A DNA stretch of 64,000 nucleotides. It comes from Candidatus Margulisiibacteriota bacterium (GTDB taxonomy: Bacteria; Margulisbacteria; Marinamargulisbacteria; JBFWNS01). The DNA is taken from the NCBI GenBank assembly GCA_050250935.1, contig JBFWNS010000006.1, positions 32,001-96,000 on the forward strand. Direction: 5' to 3'. The translations under genes were made by a program, and so were the position numbers. Numbering within the stretch: the stretch's first letter is position 1; every line of letters starts with the position of its first letter. The notes beneath the pieces are model-generated. The model was given only the letters and a program-made list of their open reading frames with translations, searched no databases and had not been told where the DNA came from. Positions 59,622 to 64,000 of this stretch are shown piece after piece.

Positions 59622-61442
59622 TTAAGCGAGAAGGGTTTTGAATTCTTCAGCTTCGATAACTTCTTTATCCATCAGTATGGCTGAAATCTCGGCCAACTTA
59701 TCTTTATTATCTGTAAGGATTTTAGTCGCTTCCCCATAGGCTGTGTCAATGAGTTTCTTTATTTCGAGGTCAATTTCCCTTGCAGTTTCTTCGGAATAGT
59801 CCTTGGTATGGTCCGATGTATAGTCCCTTCCCAAGAAAACATGCTCTTGGGTTTTGCCATATTTTCGGGCTCCCAGTGTTGGACTCATCCCAAATTTGCA
59901 GACATAGTTCCGGGCCATTTCGGTGGCTCTTTCGATATCGTTGGAAGCGCCAGAGGTGATTTCTCCGAAGGTGAGCTCTTCGGCAATCCGTCCGCCCATG
60001 AGCACTTTGAGCTTGTCCAGGATTTCGGTGCGGCTTAGCAAATGCCGGTCTTCGATGGGCAGTTGAAGGGTGTAACCCAGGGCCATCCCACGGGGCAAAA
60101 TGCTGATTTTATGAACCGGATCGGCATTGAGGCAATGTTTGGCAACCAAGGCATGTCCCACTTCGTGGTAGGCCACAATTTCTTTTTCTTTGGCCGATAG
60201 CAGTCTGGATTTACGTTCTGGACCGGCCATCACACGGTCGGTTGCTTCTTCCAATTCGGTCATGCTGATGGTTTTTTTGTTGTGTCTTGCAGCTAAAAGG
60301 GCTGCTTCGTTAACCAAATTGGCCAAATCGGCGCCAGTAAATCCAGGCGTTCTTCGGGCAATGACTTCCAAATCCACGTTATCCCCCATTTTTTTGCCTT
60401 TGGCATGGATTTTTAGGATGTCTTCACGCCCTTTGATGTCGGGTTTGTCGACAACCACTTGGCGGTCAAAGCGGCCGGGTCGCAACAGGGCAGGGTCCAA
60501 AATATCGGGACGGTTGGTTGCAGCTATCACAATAACGGTTTGTTTGGGGTCGAATCCGTCCATTTCGACCAACAGTTGGTTAAGGGTTTGTTCGCGTTCG
60601 TCGTGGCCCCCACCCATGCCTGCACCCCGTTGCCGGCCCACGGCATCGATTTCGTCTAGGAAAATAATGCAGGGCTGACTTTTTTTGGCTTGGTTAAACA
60701 GATCCCGAACCCGAGAGGCGCCCACACCCACAAACATTTCCACAAAATCTGAACCTGAGAGGCTGAAAAAAGGGACATCGGCTTCGCCTGCAATGGCTTT
60801 GGCCAACAGGGTTTTTCCGGTTCCAGGAGGGCCCATCAACAACACGCCTTTGGGAATTTTGGCGCCGATTTCCAAATATTTTTGGGGAAGTTTGAGAAAG
60901 TCCACAATTTCGTTCACTTCCTGAACGGCTTCGTCGACCCCGGCTACATCTTTAAAGGTGATGGCTTGTTTGTCTTTTTTATCCCACATGGTGGCTTTGG
61001 ATTTACCAAAAGACATGGCCTGGTTGTTGGCCCCTTGTGCTTGTCTGAAAATGAAGAACCAAAGCCCGCCAATAAAAATGAAAGGCAAAAAGGTTTGAAT
61101 AAAGACGCCCATCCAACCCGAATCGGTAGGGGCAACATTGATTTTGACGTTTTTGGCGCGGAGTTCTTTGACAAAGTCGGGGTAATCTAAGAAAAACGTT
61201 TTGACGATTTTGCCGTCTTTGGTTTTTCCCGAAATCACTTTTTCACCAGAATTAACCGTAACTTCTTGAATTCGCCCTTCGCCCACTTGTTTCATGAATT
61301 GGGTAAAATCGAGTTGGGACACGGCTTTGTTGCTGTTGAAATAGGTTGCCCCCAGCAGAATTACAATCGCGGCGATCAGAAAGTACCACACCAGGGATCC
61401 CCAGGGGTTTTTTACAGGACGTTGTTTTCGTTGTTTAGGCAT
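59622..61442 (-). CDS. ftsH: ATP-dependent zinc metalloprotease FtsH
   Basis: Two [26 protein letters not shown]. Confidence 0.98.
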   Translation of the reverse strand: MPKQRKQRPVKNPWGSLVWYFLIAAIVILLGATYFNSNKAVSQLDFTQFMKQVGEGRIQEVTVNSGEKVISGKTKDGKIVKTFFLDYPDFVKELRAKNVKINVAPTDSGWMGVFIQTFLPFIFIGGLWFFIFRQAQGANNQAMSFGKSKATMWDKKDKQAITFKDVAGVDEAVQEVNEIVDFLKLPQKYLEIGAKIPKGVLLMGPPGTGKTLLAKAIAGEADVPFFSLSGSDFVEMFVGVGASRVRDLFNQAKKSQPCIIFLDEIDAVGRQRGAGMGGGHDEREQTLNQLLVEMDGFDPKQTVIVIAATNRPDILDPALLRPGRFDRQVVVDKPDIKGREDILKIHAKGKKMGDNVDLEVIARRTPGFTGADLANLVNEAALLAARHNKKTISMTELEEATDRVMAGPERKSRLLSAKEKEIVAYHEVGHALVAKHCLNADPVHKISILPRGMALGYTLQLPIEDRHLLSRTEILDKLKVLMGGRIAEELTFGEITSGASNDIERATEMARNYVCKFGMSPTLGARKYGKTQEHVFLGRDYTSDHTKDYSEETAREIDLEIKKLIDTAYGEATKILTDNKDKLAEISAILMDKEVIEAEEFKTLLA

Positions 61443-61471
61443 AAGGGTCCATTCTACTTAAAAGAAATTTT

Positions 61472-62065
61472 TTATAAAACCCCTTTTGTGGAGGGGACAT
61501 TTTTTTCGCGAGGGTTGTGGGATACGGCTTGGCGCAAAGTTCTGGCCAATCCCTTAAAACACCCTTCGATGATGTGGTGGGCATTTTCGCCTTCAAGAAC
61601 CGTCATGTGGAGGGTGATTTTGGCGTTGTTGACAAAGGCAATTAAGAATTCTTTGGCCAGCTCTGTTCCAAAATCCCCGAGCTGGGTATTCGGCAATTGG
61701 GGAGCCTTGAAGCTTAAATGAGGGCGATTGGAAATATCCACGGCCACTTGGCAGAGGGTTTCGTCCATGGGCAGCAAAATCGAGGCGTATCGTTCGATGC
61801 CAACGCCAGTGCCCAAGGCTTCCTTAAAGGCTTGGCCCAAGCAAATGCCGGCATCTTCGACGGTGTGGTGGGCATCGACATGCAGGTCGCCTTGTACGGC
61901 TAAATTCAAATCAAACAACCCATGGCGGGCAAACAGGGTTAGCATGTGGTCAAAAAACCCGATGCCGGTGTTTACCGTGCTGTGGCCTTCCCCATCCAGA
62001 TTTAAAGAAAGTTGGACTTGGGTTTCTGATGTTTTTCGTTCAATGCTGGCCTTACGTGGGTTCAT
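61472..62065 (-). CDS. hisB: Imidazoleglycerol-phosphate dehydratase
   Basis: [27 protein letters not shown]. Confidence 0.97.
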   Translation of the reverse strand: MNPRKASIERKTSETQVQLSLNLDGEGHSTVNTGIGFFDHMLTLFARHGLFDLNLAVQGDLHVDAHHTVEDAGICLGQAFKEALGTGVGIERYASILLPMDETLCQVAVDISNRPHLSFKAPQLPNTQLGDFGTELAKEFLIAFVNNAKITLHMTVLEGENAHHIIEGCFKGLARTLRQAVSHNPREKNVPSTKGVL

Positions 62066-62086
62066 GGTGGGCTCCTTTTATTAAGT

Positions 62087-63121
62087 TTAAAACAAGGTAG
62101 GTTGGGCAGAGGTCGTGTCTTTGGGCAAGGCATAGCCCAAATGCTCGTAGGCAGCGGGTCTTGCCATCCGGCCGCGATTGGTTCTTTCGATGAACCCCAA
62201 TTGTAGCAAATAAGGTTCGTAAACGTCTTCAATGGTATCGGATTCTTCGGCAATGCTGGCGGCGATGGTGTCCACGCCCACGGGGCCGCCGTTGTATTTG
62301 GTGATGATGGTGGACAGGTATTTTCTGTCGATTTCATCCAAACCAAAGTGGTCGATGCCCATGCCGGTTAGGGCGTCGTGGATCAAGCCAAAATGGATGG
62401 TGCCATTGGTTTTAATTTGGGCCCAGTCCCTAACCCGTTTGAGAAGCCGGTTGGCAATACGTGGGGTTCCCCTGGACCGTTTTGCAATTTCGGCAGCGGC
62501 TTCATCATCCAAAGGACAATTTAAAATGTCGGCGGCTCGGGAAATAATCACTTTTAAATCTGAAATGTCATAAAATTCCAGACGCTCGATAATGCCAAAT
62601 CGGTCTCGCAAGGGGGCGCTTAAAAGCCCAGCTCGGGTGGTGGCGCCAATCAGGGTGAAGGGGGGCAGATCAATGCGAATGGACCTTGCAGAAGGGCCTT
62701 TGCCAATGACGATGTCCAATTCGTAGTCTTCCAAGGCAGGGTAAAGCACTTCCTCGACGGTTCGGTTTAACCGGTGAATCTCGTCAATGAACAAAATATC
62801 GCCTTTTTCCAAATTGGTCAGAATGGCTGCAAGATCTCCGGGGCGTTCGATGGCGGGGCCGGAGGTGGTTTTGATGTTCACATTCATTTCGTGGGAAACA
62901 ATGTTGGCCAAGGTGGTTTTACCCAAGCCCGGTGGGCCATAGAGCAAGACGTGTTCCAGACTTTCATCCCGCTGTTTGGCGGCATCGATAAAAATGCTGA
63001 GGTTTTGCTTGATTTTGGGTTGACCGATGAACTGGTGAAGGCGTTGAGGACGCAAGGTGAGTTCTTTGGTATCGTCACTGGTTTTGTCTGGATCCACCAG
63101 ACGTTCGTCGTCGAGGCTCAT
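62087..63121 (-). CDS. ruvB: Holliday junction branch migration helicase
   Basis: [34 protein letters not shown]. Confidence 0.98.
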   Translation of the reverse strand: MSLDDERLVDPDKTSDDTKELTLRPQRLHQFIGQPKIKQNLSIFIDAAKQRDESLEHVLLYGPPGLGKTTLANIVSHEMNVNIKTTSGPAIERPGDLAAILTNLEKGDILFIDEIHRLNRTVEEVLYPALEDYELDIVIGKGPSARSIRIDLPPFTLIGATTRAGLLSAPLRDRFGIIERLEFYDISDLKVIISRAADILNCPLDDEAAAEIAKRSRGTPRIANRLLKRVRDWAQIKTNGTIHFGLIHDALTGMGIDHFGLDEIDRKYLSTIITKYNGGPVGVDTIAASIAEESDTIEDVYEPYLLQLGFIERTNRGRMARPAAYEHLGYALPKDTTSAQPTLF

Positions 63122-63127
63122 GGTTAG

Positions 63128-63156
63128 AGTGTATAAGTGTTGGCAGAATTTGTCAG
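63128..63156 (-). promoter_or_regulatory. ruvB promoter, probably leaderless
   Basis: CTGACA-17 nt-TACACT-6 nt-ATG. Confidence 0.65.
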
Positions 63157-63168
63157 GGGGTGTACAAT
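63140..63168 (+). promoter_or_regulatory. rpsF operon promoter
   Basis: TTGGCA-17 nt-TACAAT. Confidence 0.65.
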
Positions 63169-63171
63169 TGC

Positions 63172-63233
63172 GCTCCTCACCTGTAGACCGTCGTCTTTGA
63201 TGGCCGGTCTTACGACGGAATTAATCAAGGAGT
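63172..63233 (+). promoter_or_regulatory. Probable structured rpsF leader (S6:S18 autoregulatory type)
   Basis: GCTCCT can pair with SD AGGAGT, enclosing hairpin GTAGACC-GTCGTC/GATGGC-GGTCTTAC. Confidence 0.5.
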
Positions 63234-63241
63234 TCTCTTTC

Positions 63242-63598
63242 ATGAAAGAATACGAAATTCTCTTTATTGTTAAGCCTCATTTGGGCGATGACCAATATCA
63301 AGATCTATCTGATAAATTTGTGTCTTGGGTTAAAGACAACGGTGGCGACATCATCTTTATCAAACCCATGGGGCTTCGCGAATTGGGGCCTACTTTTGGC
63401 CGTCATTTGCAAGGCTACTACATTCAAAGTCATTTCAAAGCTACGCCTAAAACCCTTACTGAAATCAAAAATCGTTTTGCGGTTACCGAAACCGTTATCC
63501 GACATTTGATTGTGACTTTGGATTCGATTCAATCCAGCAAACCCCGAGTTGAAAAACCCAAACGCGAAAAAGCAGAAGCCCAGCCTCAAGAGGCCTAG
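63242..63598 (+). CDS. rpsF: 30S ribosomal protein S6
   Basis: MKEYEILFIVKP, GLREL, GYY, VIRHLIV; RBS AAGGAG. Confidence 0.93.
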   Translation: MKEYEILFIVKPHLGDDQYQDLSDKFVSWVKDNGGDIIFIKPMGLRELGPTFGRHLQGYYIQSHFKATPKTLTEIKNRFAVTETVIRHLIVTLDSIQSSKPRVEKPKREKAEAQPQEA

Positions 63599-63607
63599 TT
63601 TGATCGC

Positions 63608-64000
63608 ATGTCTAGCTTAAACCGCATCATCCTTATCGGCACTGTTTCTTCGGATCCCGATCCCCGTGCAACCGCGGGTGGGGATTCTTTTTTGCGGTTT
63701 AATTTGTCTGTGGATCGCCCCATGCGTGCCGATGGTTTGGCCGGGCAGCCAGACGACATGCCGGTTGTGGCTTGGCGGCAAACAGCCGATCAGGCCAAAG
63801 GCATTCAAAAAGGCCAGTTGGTGTTGGTGGACGGTAAAATTATTACCCGAACCTTGGATGATGCCCAAGGCAAACGGAAATGGATTACCGAAATCGAAGC
63901 CAAAGATATTCGGTCTTTTGCCGGTGGTGTGGTTGCTGATGCCCCCGCTTATGTGCCGGCTCAGCCCGAAGCGTTTTCTGCGCCTTTCCCAAGCGATTCT
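63608..64000 (+). CDS. ssb: Single-stranded DNA-binding protein (3' truncated; not in the supplied ORF track)
   Basis: Manual translation MSSLNRIILIGTVSSDP...FNLSVDR...VVAWRQTA...KGQLVLVDGKIITR...WITEIEA; follows rpsF. Confidence 0.85.
   Translation, partial: MSSLNRIILIGTVSSDPDPRATAGGDSFLRFNLSVDRPMRADGLAGQPDDMPVVAWRQTADQAKGIQKGQLVLVDGKIITRTLDDAQGKRKWITEIEAKDIRSFAGGVVADAPAYVPAQPEAFSAPFPSDS

Overview
A gene-dense, mostly housekeeping window from a diderm bacterium. SLH domains, outer-membrane barrels/TolC, an RsbV/RsbW pair and rpsF-ssb suggest a Terrabacteria diderm such as Ca. Margulisbacteria; this is inference only. Core content: yebC (partial), xerC, udg, mltG, two ssb, queA, tgt, gltX, hisH, hisB, hemW, rpiB, holA, tatD, rsmI, ftsH, ruvB, rpsF, three tRNAs (Asp-GTC, Thr-GGT, Pro-GGG) and a 12-gene alternative complex III plus A2-type caa3 oxidase operon. 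Four observations stand out. (1) A possible type IX secretion (T9SS)-like set: a 1070-aa repeat protein with a YPNP-type C-terminal sorting-like domain, a coupled PorV/FadL-like barrel fused to Ig and SLH domains, and a 1721-aa protein with multiple SprA-like repeats and a beta-signal. (2) A hairpin-rich array downstream of tRNA-Asp, with two 89-bp units that each end in the tRNA's 3' 22 nt and five cGNAg triloops on one strand. (3) About ten genes have a -10 hexamer 6-10 nt before the ATG, which points to leaderless mRNAs. (4) Two paralogous ~60-aa Fis-like HTH proteins. No CRISPR array, transposase, prophage or rRNA was seen. All family calls come from motif recognition by eye, not database searches.
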